From a virus (taxonomy: Duplodnaviria > Caudoviricetes): a stretch of 57,928 nucleotides of DNA. The notes under the pieces are model-generated. The model was not told where the DNA came from. It ran no database searches and worked only from the letters and a program-made list of their open reading frames with translations. Position 1 is the first letter of the stretch; each line of letters starts with the position of its first letter. The stretch lies in IMG/VR virus record IMGVR_UViG_3300045747_000102, positions 1 to 57,928 of that record. One strand, given 5' to 3'. Both the position numbers and the translations under genes were made by a program. Positions 17,376 through 26,256 of this stretch are shown here, one piece after another.

Positions 17376-17720
17376 GAATGGTAGTAAACTGATCGTAAGA
17401 AACGATTGCAACACCCGGGTGCAATTCCCGGCAGCTCCACCAAAAGTATTTTGAAAAATTGATTCCGTAGGACTTGCAAGGAAACGCGGAAAAGATTGAG
17501 CACCGTGCTCTGTAGTCATTCACGGCGAGTTACGACTACCAAAATACTTTTGATGGGGCTGACTTAGGATCGACTGCGAAAGAAGTAATATTGTATTGGC
17601 TACTCGTCACGGATAGACGTAAAAAGCAAAAACGCAATTAAATGCAAACGAAGAAAGATTCGCTCTGGTCGCATGATCAAGCTGAGGACTAGAAATTGTT
17701 CCTTATCATCCAAACAACAA
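17376..17720 (+). ncRNA. ssrA: tmRNA, circularly permuted two-piece gene (acceptor piece - intervening segment - coding piece); ends approximate
   Basis: T-arm CCGGG-TGCAATT-CCCGG (17415-31) plus CAGCTCC-A-CCA (17432-42) lies upstream of GGGGCTG-ACTTAGGATCGAC (17555-74). 7-bp acceptor stem with G3.U70. P2 pairs TGCGA/TTGCA and GCTACT/GGTAGT. Tag ORF 17644-17676 = ANEERFALVA*. Confidence 0.93.
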
Positions 17721-17721
17721 A

Positions 17722-17750
17722 CTAGATGGGGCCTTCGGGCTCCATTTTAG
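17722..17750. terminator. Bidirectional intrinsic terminator between tmRNA and terminase
   Basis: ATGGGGCC-TTCG-GGCTCCAT followed by TTT, at the convergence of the two halves. Confidence 0.8.
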
Positions 17751-17752
17751 TT

Positions 17753-19390
17753 TCAGTCATAGCTTACATCTGATGTAAGCCAATTCTGTAATGGATCGCG
17801 CGAAGGACCAGATGAATGAATCATATTGAAGTCCATTGTAAGATCTTCCATGCCATCTGAAAATGCTCCAAACGGAGTCATATTTTCCATGATGTAGGCT
17901 TCGTTCTTCTGTGCCAATAGGTGCCGAATATTCACATTGGTTATATCGGCAAACATAGATTGTTTTGATAACCATCCGAAGAGCCACAAGCAAGTAGTCA
18001 AGTCATCATTGATATTCGTATCTGATGCCTGATATGAAACACCCTTTTGCTCAAATACATTCAGCTCTTGGATGATGTCAAAAGAATTAAGAATAAGTAC
18101 TTCACCTTCTACCAATTCCTTTAGCACAGAACAGCCAATGGACTTCACTCGTTTCGTAGTTCGTACACCAGGATAACCATTGCCCTCGGTTACATTTTCT
18201 TTCACTGTGAAATAGACGTTTGCATACTCAAATTCGTAAAATATAGTATTAGCAATTTCCTGTCCGGCATCGTTAATTTCAATCAGACAATATGCGTCAT
18301 TATACTGCTTAACGGTGTTAATGATCATGAAAGGATACGTCGTCAGTCCAATGGTGTTGTCTTTGAACGTAGCAGCGACTCGGTACGGTGTAGTAGTGAT
18401 GTCGAATATAACGAATGCGGAAAAGTCTAAATGCTGTCCCCGCGATGTATCTACTGTGCAAGCATATGAATGACCCTTTTGTGGCTCTTCATAGATCTTC
18501 AATCCCCCTTTGATAAACTTCGGATCAAAAAATGGTATTGTAGCCATTTTCTCACCAGAGATCAGAGTCTTTGAAGAACCGTGGAAGGTACAGTCAATTT
18601 CCTGTGCTGCCTTTACTGGTCCAAGATTTTTAACCTGTTCATCATACCAAGCCTGATCGCGGTCTGGGTGAGCTGACCAAGGAATGTTGAGCGGCACAAA
18701 TCCGTTTCGCCCAGCATTAGCCTCTACCCAGATCTTGTAGAACATATTCATACCCTTTGGTGTAGAGGATATGAAGATCTTTGTTTCTTTACCAGAAGAA
18801 AGTACTGGGAACACAGAAGTCATGAATTCTTCTGCTATGTTGTTTGGGATAAATGCAATTTCGTCGACATATACGTGGGTACAAGATTGACCCCGGATAG
18901 CATTAGGTGACGTAGCAGCCGTAAAGATCTTTGAGTTGTTGTCTAGTTTGATAGAACCTTTGTTCCACTCAACTACACCCTGCTGAATCCAAAACGGTAG
19001 ATTTTCATATGAGAACTGAATACGAGAAAGAATTTCCCGTGCCATTGCTGCCTTATTGGCAAGGATAGCAATGTTCTTGTCTGAATTGAACAGGATTACC
19101 CAAAGGAAATAAGCTGCGGTAGTAATCGTCTTACCCATCTGCCGAGCAGTAAGCACCACCGCTTTTCTGTTCTGGTGGTAGGTAAGAATGATGTCTTCTT
19201 GAAACGGATAGAGGCCGAACGGCACAGTTCCGCGGTCAACGTTAATGACCTTGACATACTTCTTGATGAAGTAAACTGGATCTTTAGAACACTTTATCCA
19301 CTCGTCTACCTGCTCTGAGGTAAATGAGATTTGGACACCAGAAGCCTTTAGGTTAAGTTGTCCATTATAGCATTCTGGTCTAGTAGCCAT
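17753..19390 (-). CDS. 17: Terminase large subunit (T4 gp17-like)
   Basis: KCSKDPVYF, ARQMGKT Walker A, ILANK, VYVDEIAF Walker B, ISSTPKGMNMFY, VDTSRG..DFSAF, NDDL. Confidence 0.95.
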   Translation of the reverse strand: MATRPECYNGQLNLKASGVQISFTSEQVDEWIKCSKDPVYFIKKYVKVINVDRGTVPFGLYPFQEDIILTYHQNRKAVVLTARQMGKTITTAAYFLWVILFNSDKNIAILANKAAMAREILSRIQFSYENLPFWIQQGVVEWNKGSIKLDNNSKIFTAATSPNAIRGQSCTHVYVDEIAFIPNNIAEEFMTSVFPVLSSGKETKIFISSTPKGMNMFYKIWVEANAGRNGFVPLNIPWSAHPDRDQAWYDEQVKNLGPVKAAQEIDCTFHGSSKTLISGEKMATIPFFDPKFIKGGLKIYEEPQKGHSYACTVDTSRGQHLDFSAFVIFDITTTPYRVAATFKDNTIGLTTYPFMIINTVKQYNDAYCLIEINDAGQEIANTIFYEFEYANVYFTVKENVTEGNGYPGVRTTKRVKSIGCSVLKELVEGEVLILNSFDIIQELNVFEQKGVSYQASDTNINDDLTTCLWLFGWLSKQSMFADITNVNIRHLLAQKNEAYIMENMTPFGAFSDGMEDLTMDFNMIHSSGPSRDPLQNWLTSDVSYD

Positions 19391-19396
19391 TAGATA

Positions 19397-19879
19397 TTAC
19401 GCGAAACGCACAAGTCCAGTAGTAGAGTTGTTTGCCGGCATAGTGAGAGTCAAAGTACCGTTGGTGATCGTTTGAGCCGTGAAAGTATGAACCGACACTG
19501 CTTTATTACCCTGAGTTGAGTTATAAATCAGAACACAATCAAATGATGGTCCAAGAGTACCAGTTACAGTCCATGCAATGGAAGCAGACAAGGTTGTGTA
19601 AGCCGTACCTGTGGAGGCAGATACTGGAGTTGATGCCGGAGCAATCCAGGTAACAGCAACACCACCTGCAGTATAACCAGTCACTGGGGTAACTTCGGAT
19701 GCCGAGACTGCTGTATAGGTAGCAGTAGTAGCATCAACAGTACCAGTAGCTTGGAAAAGCGCGGCCTTGAAGACGTCAGCAGTGTTGATTGTGCGTGCTG
19801 GATTGGTAGCTGTTAGGACGTGTTGTCCGGTTAACAGCTCAGTTTTAAATGAGGTGCATATTGCCTGAGTATTTGCCAA
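19397..19879 (-). CDS. Putative virion structural protein (TTG start)
   Basis: TQAICTSFKTELL.G.H...FKAALF...GYTAGG...LIYN; AGGAG SD; late promoter upstream. Confidence 0.65.
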   Translation of the reverse strand: MANTQAICTSFKTELLTGQHVLTATNPARTINTADVFKAALFQATGTVDATTATYTAVSASEVTPVTGYTAGGVAVTWIAPASTPVSASTGTAYTTLSASIAWTVTGTLGPSFDCVLIYNSTQGNKAVSVHTFTAQTITNGTLTLTMPANNSTTGLVRFA

Positions 19880-19904
19880 GGTGTTCTCCTGATGGGTTTA
19901 TTCT

Positions 19905-19912
19905 TATTTAAT
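19905..19912 (-). promoter_or_regulatory. T4-like late promoter ATTAAATA
   Basis: Motif about 25 nt upstream of gene start; recurs before many late genes. Confidence 0.65.
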
Positions 19913-20094
19913 CAGTTGGCGAACGCAGAACCAAAGACACCTTGTTTAAGGTGCATCTGAACGTCACGTTTAACTAGTTCTTCACCTAGCCAGTATTCTT
20001 GCCAAGACACAATCTCTGTGTCATTTTCGTGCGAACCTTCTTTGTAGGTGCAATCTTCTGAGTTAATTTGTCCGTTTGGTGTTGTGATAATCAT
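19912..20094 (-). CDS. Hypothetical protein
   Basis: 60 aa; W.EYWL.EELV.R.V. Confidence 0.6.
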   Translation of the reverse strand: MIITTPNGQINSEDCTYKEGSHENDTEIVSWQEYWLGEELVKRDVQMHLKQGVFGSAFAN

Positions 20095-20105
20095 AATAAT
20101 CCTTG

Positions 20106-20396
20106 TTAACCGCCTGCAAAAACATTTCTAGATCCGGCTGCAGACACATCGCCGCAATCTATATCATCCCCAATTCTGTGAATTGGCTTTCCTTCTATTG
20201 ACACAGTGGAAGAACCAGTAGAGGCTTTCCCATCATGTGAAGATGTGCCTAACGAATGAGTTGGATAATGTGCTCCAACCACCGTGGCTAGTATACTATT
20301 TATGGACACGGTAGACTGTCCTGCTGTATCCGCGGCTCTGGGTTCATAACCATGACCTGCCGATTTGTCTACACCTACCCGGGTACATGCTGGCAT
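20106..20396 (-). CDS. 5.4: PAAR-like baseplate spike tip (T4 gp5.4-like)
   Basis: GH...H...H...GSSTV.IEGKPIHRIGD.IDCGD.SA.GS.NVFAG. Confidence 0.88.
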   Translation of the reverse strand: MPACTRVGVDKSAGHGYEPRAADTAGQSTVSINSILATVVGAHYPTHSLGTSSHDGKASTGSSTVSIEGKPIHRIGDDIDCGDVSAAGSRNVFAGG

Positions 20397-22327
20397 TATG
20401 CTAATTCCTTCTTAACGGCAGCCTTCAGTGCTAAGTTGGAAGCCGTATAGTTATAGTGGACAACGAGTTCATTCACCTGAGTCTTGGTCTCTAGAAGCAG
20501 TTCATCATAGTAATTTACTACAACATAGAAACTCTTGTTCTGGACGGCAGGAGCTGTATATCGTGTGATTCCAAAGTATTTATCGGGAAGATCTTTGAAT
20601 CTACTCACGGTTTGGACATTTTGATCCATATCGATGTATTCTATAGTCCGTTCAAAGACGTCATCAGCCTGACCTGTAGCATACACAGAATTTCCTACGG
20701 CATATAGATCCACACCTGGTAGTGGTTTTGAGAATGCATAAGCCGTGACTGGATATGGAGCAACCCAAGAAGTGGTGAATGGAACGAATTCCGTGGCTTC
20801 CTGAGTAGTGCCTGTAATTTCTGGGAAGTCACCAATAACATGCATGACCCCAGTCTGTACTTGAGACTGAGAACCAGACAGAGCAACTTGACGTTCTGGA
20901 TATACTCCACCAGGTCTTACAATAGACTGAACACCAGTAATTGGCGTACCTGTAATCTGACCACCGGTTGTTCCAATTGTACCAGCAAGAGCTGTAATTG
21001 TATTAGAACCTAGCAGTGCAGATTCGGTGTTGAATGAAGCAGGAGAACCAGGTGTAACTGTGGACTGAGCACCAGTCAGAGCAACCGAGATCTGTTTAAG
21101 AACATTGCCGAGAGTAGCAGAAGAACTTACACCAGTAAGAGCAAATATTCTTGATGCGGTTAGCGAACCAGCAGAAGAATTGATCGTAGCTGATGTCAGT
21201 GGTATGAATGCTCCCTGAAGTCCAGTTACAATTCCAGTAGATACAGTAGACTGAGAACCAGTAAGAGCAATATTGACTATCTGTGCAGGTACTTCAATAC
21301 CGGTAGATACAGTAGACTGAACACCGGTCAGTGCATAGGTATTAGTCTTGGCAATAGAACCAGAAGAAACTGTGGACTGAACACCAGTAAGTGCTGATGA
21401 TGCTACCGCAGCTGCTGTAAGAGTTCCTGCCGTATTGGTAGTTTGTTTACCTGTAAGTGCTGTAGAAGTTACCTGAGCACCAGTTAGAGTTCCAGCTGAT
21501 TCGGTAGACTGAACACCAGTAAGAGCAGTAGAAGTTACCTGGGCTGTGGTCAGAGTTCCAGCAGATTCTACTGATTGTACACCAGTGAGTGCCTTACTGA
21601 CCGTCTGAGCATCTGTTACAGAAGAAACAGATACTGTAGACTGAACACCAGTGAGTGCTTTAGATACCCCTTGAGCAGAAGTTAGAGTTCCAGATGTAAC
21701 TGTGGACTGAATGCCATTCAGTGCAGTAGAGGTTACCTGAGCAGAAGTAAGAATTCCAACCGAAGCTGTAGATTGGAAACCAGTTAGGGCTGTGGTAGTT
21801 GTCTGTGTTGTTCCGACAGATCCGGTAGCCGCGGTAGATTGGAAACCAGTTAGTGCTCGGGTGACTGCCTGAGAACCAGTAAGAGTTCCTGTGCCTGCTG
21901 TGGACTGAACACCAGTAATAGCAAAAGTTATTACCTGAGAACCGGTTAGAGTACCAGCAGATTCAGTAGATTGGGCACCAGTAAGTGCTCGGGAAACGGT
22001 CTGTGTCCCGGTTAGAGTTCCGGTAGATGCTGCTGATTGGAAACCAGTCAGAACTGTGGAAGTTGCCTGGCCAGTACTAAGAGTTCCAGTAGAAACTGTA
22101 ACTTGTTTACCGGTAAGTACAGAAGTTTGAGCTGCGCCACCAGTAATGGTGCCTACTTGAGCTGTAGATTGGAAACCAGTAAGCGCTTTAGATACTGCTT
22201 GAGTACCAGTAAGAGTACCTACCTGAGCTGTAGATTGGAAACCCGATAGATTGACTGTAATGTCGCCTGATACGACATTTAGCCCACCTAGTGAGAACGA
22301 ACCTAATGAGCCGGAACCAAAAGACAT
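20396..22327 (-). CDS. Thr/Ser/Gly-rich tandem-repeat virion protein
   Basis: About 22 repeats of about 22 aa (ALTGxQSTxxxGTLTxxQxxxx) followed by a globular C-terminal domain. Confidence 0.75.
   Translation of the reverse strand: MSFGSGSLGSFSLGGLNVVSGDITVNLSGFQSTAQVGTLTGTQAVSKALTGFQSTAQVGTITGGAAQTSVLTGKQVTVSTGTLSTGQATSTVLTGFQSAASTGTLTGTQTVSRALTGAQSTESAGTLTGSQVITFAITGVQSTAGTGTLTGSQAVTRALTGFQSTAATGSVGTTQTTTTALTGFQSTASVGILTSAQVTSTALNGIQSTVTSGTLTSAQGVSKALTGVQSTVSVSSVTDAQTVSKALTGVQSVESAGTLTTAQVTSTALTGVQSTESAGTLTGAQVTSTALTGKQTTNTAGTLTAAAVASSALTGVQSTVSSGSIAKTNTYALTGVQSTVSTGIEVPAQIVNIALTGSQSTVSTGIVTGLQGAFIPLTSATINSSAGSLTASRIFALTGVSSSATLGNVLKQISVALTGAQSTVTPGSPASFNTESALLGSNTITALAGTIGTTGGQITGTPITGVQSIVRPGGVYPERQVALSGSQSQVQTGVMHVIGDFPEITGTTQEATEFVPFTTSWVAPYPVTAYAFSKPLPGVDLYAVGNSVYATGQADDVFERTIEYIDMDQNVQTVSRFKDLPDKYFGITRYTAPAVQNKSFYVVVNYYDELLLETKTQVNELVVHYNYTASNLALKAAVKKELA
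20845..22249 (-). repeat. Degenerate about 66-bp coding tandem repeat
   Basis: Recurrent (a/t)ga(c/t)tg(a/g)a(c/a)accagt units on the + strand encoding TG(V/F)QS. Confidence 0.8.
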
Positions 22328-22333
22328 TTAGTC

Positions 22334-25300
22334 CTACTTTCCGATAAGTTCGTTTAGTTTTCTATTTGTTTCGGCCAATTCAGCTCTTAGAATTTCTATG
22401 ATCGACTTCATTTCTACCACTTCTTTTGCAAGCTCCACGGCAGAAACCATAGCAGCATTGCCGTAGGCAACAGAAAGATGTTCACCATCTAAAACTGCTT
22501 CTGGAAGAAGAGTTTGCAAGCTCTGAGCTGATACACCAACCTGTCTTAAATCATTATCAATCCGAGTATAAGAACCGTGTTTGATGTCTGCAAGTTGTTC
22601 AACAAAGTTAGTAGCAAGAGGAGCCCAGTCTTTCTTTAATCTTTCATCTGAATATGCTGTTACATTGCCTGTAGCAACAAAGCTGCCACCCGCATTAACT
22701 TGAGCACCATCGCCACAAAGTTGAACTGTTCCATTAGATAAATTCCATGCGAATGGTCTAAATGTATTCCACGATGCTGTGTTTGCTGCAGCTTGTGTAG
22801 TTTGAACAGCGGATGATAGTAAGTAAACATTAGATCCATCATTACGTATCATTGCATTGTACCACGTCGAAGCAGAACCGGCAACTGCATGGAACTGTCC
22901 AACTGATGGAGTTCCTGATCCAATGAAGACCGTACCTGTATATGCATTGGCAGTATTCAGAGCATTGGCAGTTGCCGCAGTACCATCAATAGATGTAATG
23001 CCAGTAAGAGCAATAGCAGCCGAAGCTCTGTTATGAGCAATAGATGTGGTACCAATGAAAAATGTCGCAGAAGGTGCTACATAGTTAGTACCTGCAACAA
23101 AGTTTGCAGCACGGTAATCTGATGCATAATTAGAATTAGCAGAATTGTCGCCGGTATTTGTACCTGAACTTGAACCAGAAAAGTTGGCTGAATTGAATGT
23201 TCCAGCTACATAACCACCTGCAGTCATGACACCGGTCGTGGGAACAAAAGATAACTTTGTTCCGGATGTCATTATTGCCTGTGCTCCACCGTTACCAATA
23301 GAAGATACCCAGACAGGATAATATGAAGCAGATGCAACAACGTTGTCAGAGATGTAAGATGAGCTCGATACGCCGGAAAAACCGGCTGTAAGTCCTGATG
23401 CAACACCAGTACAGTTAGTTAGTACACCCGATGCTGGTGTACCTAGAGCACTATTTGTTGTTAGGGCACCAACTTGAGCTGCCGTAGGTGCAGACCAAGC
23501 ACCATTACCGTTCAACCAAAGAGCCGTATTTGAAGCACCCTGTGTAGTAACAATACCAGAGGTTGTACCGTTCAGTGTTGCAATATTATGAACGTGATCT
23601 GATCTGGCAACCAGTGTAGAAGTACCAACAGCTGCTGTTCCAATAGCGGCCGGGGCAGCAGTAGCTAATTGACCGATCTGAGCATTTGAAATTGTAGCTG
23701 TCACTGTTTCAAATGCTGTTGCCTGGAAGCCAATAGACCAACCAGAATTCATCAATACAGTCCGGCCATTATATCCAACTAAACATTCAGTCACAAAAAT
23801 TTGTGGATACGACCAAACAGTTCCGAGTTCACCGATGTAAATCACGGCCTTGCCTCCAGCGGTGTAACCTAAACGAACTGTGTAGTTTAAGTTTACACCG
23901 GCTGGAGCTGTTATATAAGCAAATGGATTGTTTGCCCAAGTATTTCCTGTAGCATATGCATAACCGCCTGCATCAACCTCAAATGCTGTATTAGCTCCAT
24001 AAAGATAAATTTTTATTTTTACCCGCATCATAGAGTCTAACATACCTACGGGTAGTGTAATTGCTATAGCACCGGTCTGAGATGAAGTATTTGTTACATA
24101 ATAGCCGCCACCTGGATTGACTGTTCTTGCATATGACGTATCTGTAACACCACCAGCACCCATACGGAGTCCACCATTGGACATGAATGTACCAGCAACA
24201 ACTTCTGTATTACCTAGACCTGCCGTAATTTCTGTATTAGCATTTCTTACACCAACTGCTGGATCAACCCAATAACTTCTGATGCCACCTGTATTGATCA
24301 AGTTGGCACCAGCATCCTGGAGTGTAAACATTCTAGAGATACCAAGGCCGGCAGCAGCTGTGCCTGTTGATTTTCTGATTATCTGTGAGCCACTTGGAAC
24401 ATCCGTAGTACCAGCAGATGAATAGACCGAACGATAACCATCGCCATTGATAGAGAATATAGGTGTTGCATATGCATTTCTGAACACAAAGCCGCGGTTC
24501 GTACCGTTGGTCATTGTGAAATACATGTTGTAATCCGATGTACTTTCACCAGGAATTCTACCACCATATGTAGTATCAGCAGAGGTTGACATCATCATAC
24601 CATAGCTAAGAGCGGAGCCACCCCAGAAACCGTAACCGTAGTTATTGGCAGCTTTTGTGTATATGCCGTTGGTATTGAATCCATGAGTTATACCATCGGT
24701 AGAACCCGAAGCATACATCACAAGTGTACCGGTACCAGAATTCGTAATAGTTGGAATGCCTGCACCGTATACACCACCCCAGGAAATATTCAAACCAGAG
24801 TTCAGTGTGAGACCTTGTGTTCCGCGAACTGTCAATCCAGTATCAGTTACTTCGGCCGCAACAGCTGTATTCCAAAGTCCGGGTACCAGTTTGATAGTTT
24901 TGCTGGCAGCATTGGGGCTAATTATCATGTTGCCGATGCCATTGGTGATCAAAGAATCACCTGCAACTGCATTAGCTAATGCGCCAGCAAATAAATTTAA
25001 ATTGAAGACGCCGCCGCCAGCAGTTGTATTTGTGAACGTAACTGGAGTTGTGTAGCTTGCATTAGCTCCAGACAGACTCATCGTAACACCATTGATGTTA
25101 TATGGGAACGTAGTCTGCATGTTTGATGCGACTGTGAGCCAAGAATTCAAAGTTCCGACACCGGAAGCATTAGTCCGAGCAAAGTATAGCAGACCGTTAG
25201 CAGGTGCCATCCCAATTGTCGAATATGTGGTGTTGTCTGGCTTCAGTGCCATAACAGAATACGATAATGCCCAACCAGATGTTGCATCCGAGAAACCACC

Positions 25301-26224
25301 TAGCCATGCACCAATATTGCCAGCTGTAACCAAGTTAGTGGCAGACGCTGTAAGAGAACCGATCGGTAATGTACCGGTAAGACCTGCAGAAGATATTCTA
25401 AACTTTTCGGTAGTTGTTCCGTTTACCCCATTACCGGTCTGGAATCCAATCGCAGTTGCTTGGTTGTAGATCTTGATACCAGAATTGTATACGTTAGCAT
25501 CAACTGCACCAAGATCAAGATAACCACCTTGAGCAGTTACACCATAACCACGTACGGAACCACCATAGGTCTGACCAAGTACGTTGTCGGTTAGATAAAG
25601 TCTGGCTGTAGCAGCTTCATAGATTGTAACGCGGCCGTTGGTGCCCAAACCGGTAGAAGTATTGACACCCACATTACCAGAGCCATCAACGCGGACACGC
25701 TCGGTATTATTCGTACCGAAAGTCAGCGGAGTATTTGCTCTGTTCCAGACGTAAGTCATTGCAGAGTCTTGAATGATGTCAAATGATGCTCCAGTCAACG
25801 GAGTTGATCCATGTCCGGCCAGAGATAGATAAGAAGATTGACCAGTAATAGAGCGAACAGCTACCACATTTGGACCAGCTGTGGGCACAGAAACATCTAG
25901 TTTATAAACAGGAGAAGCCGTACCGATACCGACATTGCCACCGTACTGAGCAAGTTTGATTGTTCCAGTATCTAGCACTTCAATGCTTGGCATACCAGAG
26001 ATGTCATTCACCGAGAAGATTGAACCAGACAGAGTATTAGCGACAGAGAATAGTTGACCAGCCGAACCTTCTAAAGAAATAGTTCCTGACTGTGTTGGAT
26101 AGACTCTAAGTGAAATTGGGAATGGACCCGTAGACGATGTGGCACCGGTAAAGACAATCTTGGGGTCATCTGTGGCCGATCCCACATTCGGAGTGATTAC
26201 GATGTTTTTGTCAGTAAGTGCCAT
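22334..26224 (-). CDS. Long tail fibre / receptor-binding protein with C-terminal S74 intramolecular chaperone
   Basis: GNVGIGT.SP repeats, ARSDHVH, and C-terminal GNVTAYSDERLKKD...GVSAQ..Q..LPEAV...LSVAYGN plus coiled coil. Confidence 0.88.
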   Translation of the reverse strand: MALTDKNIVITPNVGSATDDPKIVFTGATSSTGPFPISLRVYPTQSGTISLEGSAGQLFSVANTLSGSIFSVNDISGMPSIEVLDTGTIKLAQYGGNVGIGTASPVYKLDVSVPTAGPNVVAVRSITGQSSYLSLAGHGSTPLTGASFDIIQDSAMTYVWNRANTPLTFGTNNTERVRVDGSGNVGVNTSTGLGTNGRVTIYEAATARLYLTDNVLGQTYGGSVRGYGVTAQGGYLDLGAVDANVYNSGIKIYNQATAIGFQTGNGVNGTTTEKFRISSAGLTGTLPIGSLTASATNLVTAGNIGAWLGGFSDATSGWALSYSVMALKPDNTTYSTIGMAPANGLLYFARTNASGVGTLNSWLTVASNMQTTFPYNINGVTMSLSGANASYTTPVTFTNTTAGGGVFNLNLFAGALANAVAGDSLITNGIGNMIISPNAASKTIKLVPGLWNTAVAAEVTDTGLTVRGTQGLTLNSGLNISWGGVYGAGIPTITNSGTGTLVMYASGSTDGITHGFNTNGIYTKAANNYGYGFWGGSALSYGMMMSTSADTTYGGRIPGESTSDYNMYFTMTNGTNRGFVFRNAYATPIFSINGDGYRSVYSSAGTTDVPSGSQIIRKSTGTAAAGLGISRMFTLQDAGANLINTGGIRSYWVDPAVGVRNANTEITAGLGNTEVVAGTFMSNGGLRMGAGGVTDTSYARTVNPGGGYYVTNTSSQTGAIAITLPVGMLDSMMRVKIKIYLYGANTAFEVDAGGYAYATGNTWANNPFAYITAPAGVNLNYTVRLGYTAGGKAVIYIGELGTVWSYPQIFVTECLVGYNGRTVLMNSGWSIGFQATAFETVTATISNAQIGQLATAAPAAIGTAAVGTSTLVARSDHVHNIATLNGTTSGIVTTQGASNTALWLNGNGAWSAPTAAQVGALTTNSALGTPASGVLTNCTGVASGLTAGFSGVSSSSYISDNVVASASYYPVWVSSIGNGGAQAIMTSGTKLSFVPTTGVMTAGGYVAGTFNSANFSGSSSGTNTGDNSANSNYASDYRAANFVAGTNYVAPSATFFIGTTSIAHNRASAAIALTGITSIDGTAATANALNTANAYTGTVFIGSGTPSVGQFHAVAGSASTWYNAMIRNDGSNVYLLSSAVQTTQAAANTASWNTFRPFAWNLSNGTVQLCGDGAQVNAGGSFVATGNVTAYSDERLKKDWAPLATNFVEQLADIKHGSYTRIDNDLRQVGVSAQSLQTLLPEAVLDGEHLSVAYGNAAMVSAVELAKEVVEMKSIIEILRAELAETNRKLNELIGK

Positions 26225-26248
26225 GTATAAATCCTATTGCGTATGCTA

Positions 26249-26256
26249 TATTTAAT
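26249..26256 (-). promoter_or_regulatory. Late promoter ATTAAATA
   Basis: 25 nt upstream of fibre gene start. Confidence 0.65.

Noticed and set aside
17411-17442. tRNA-Ala gene or attP-like tRNA 3' fragment
   Set aside because: There is no upstream D/anticodon arm. The matching 5' acceptor strand lies downstream with a tag ORF, which is the permuted tmRNA layout. No integrase is present in the window.
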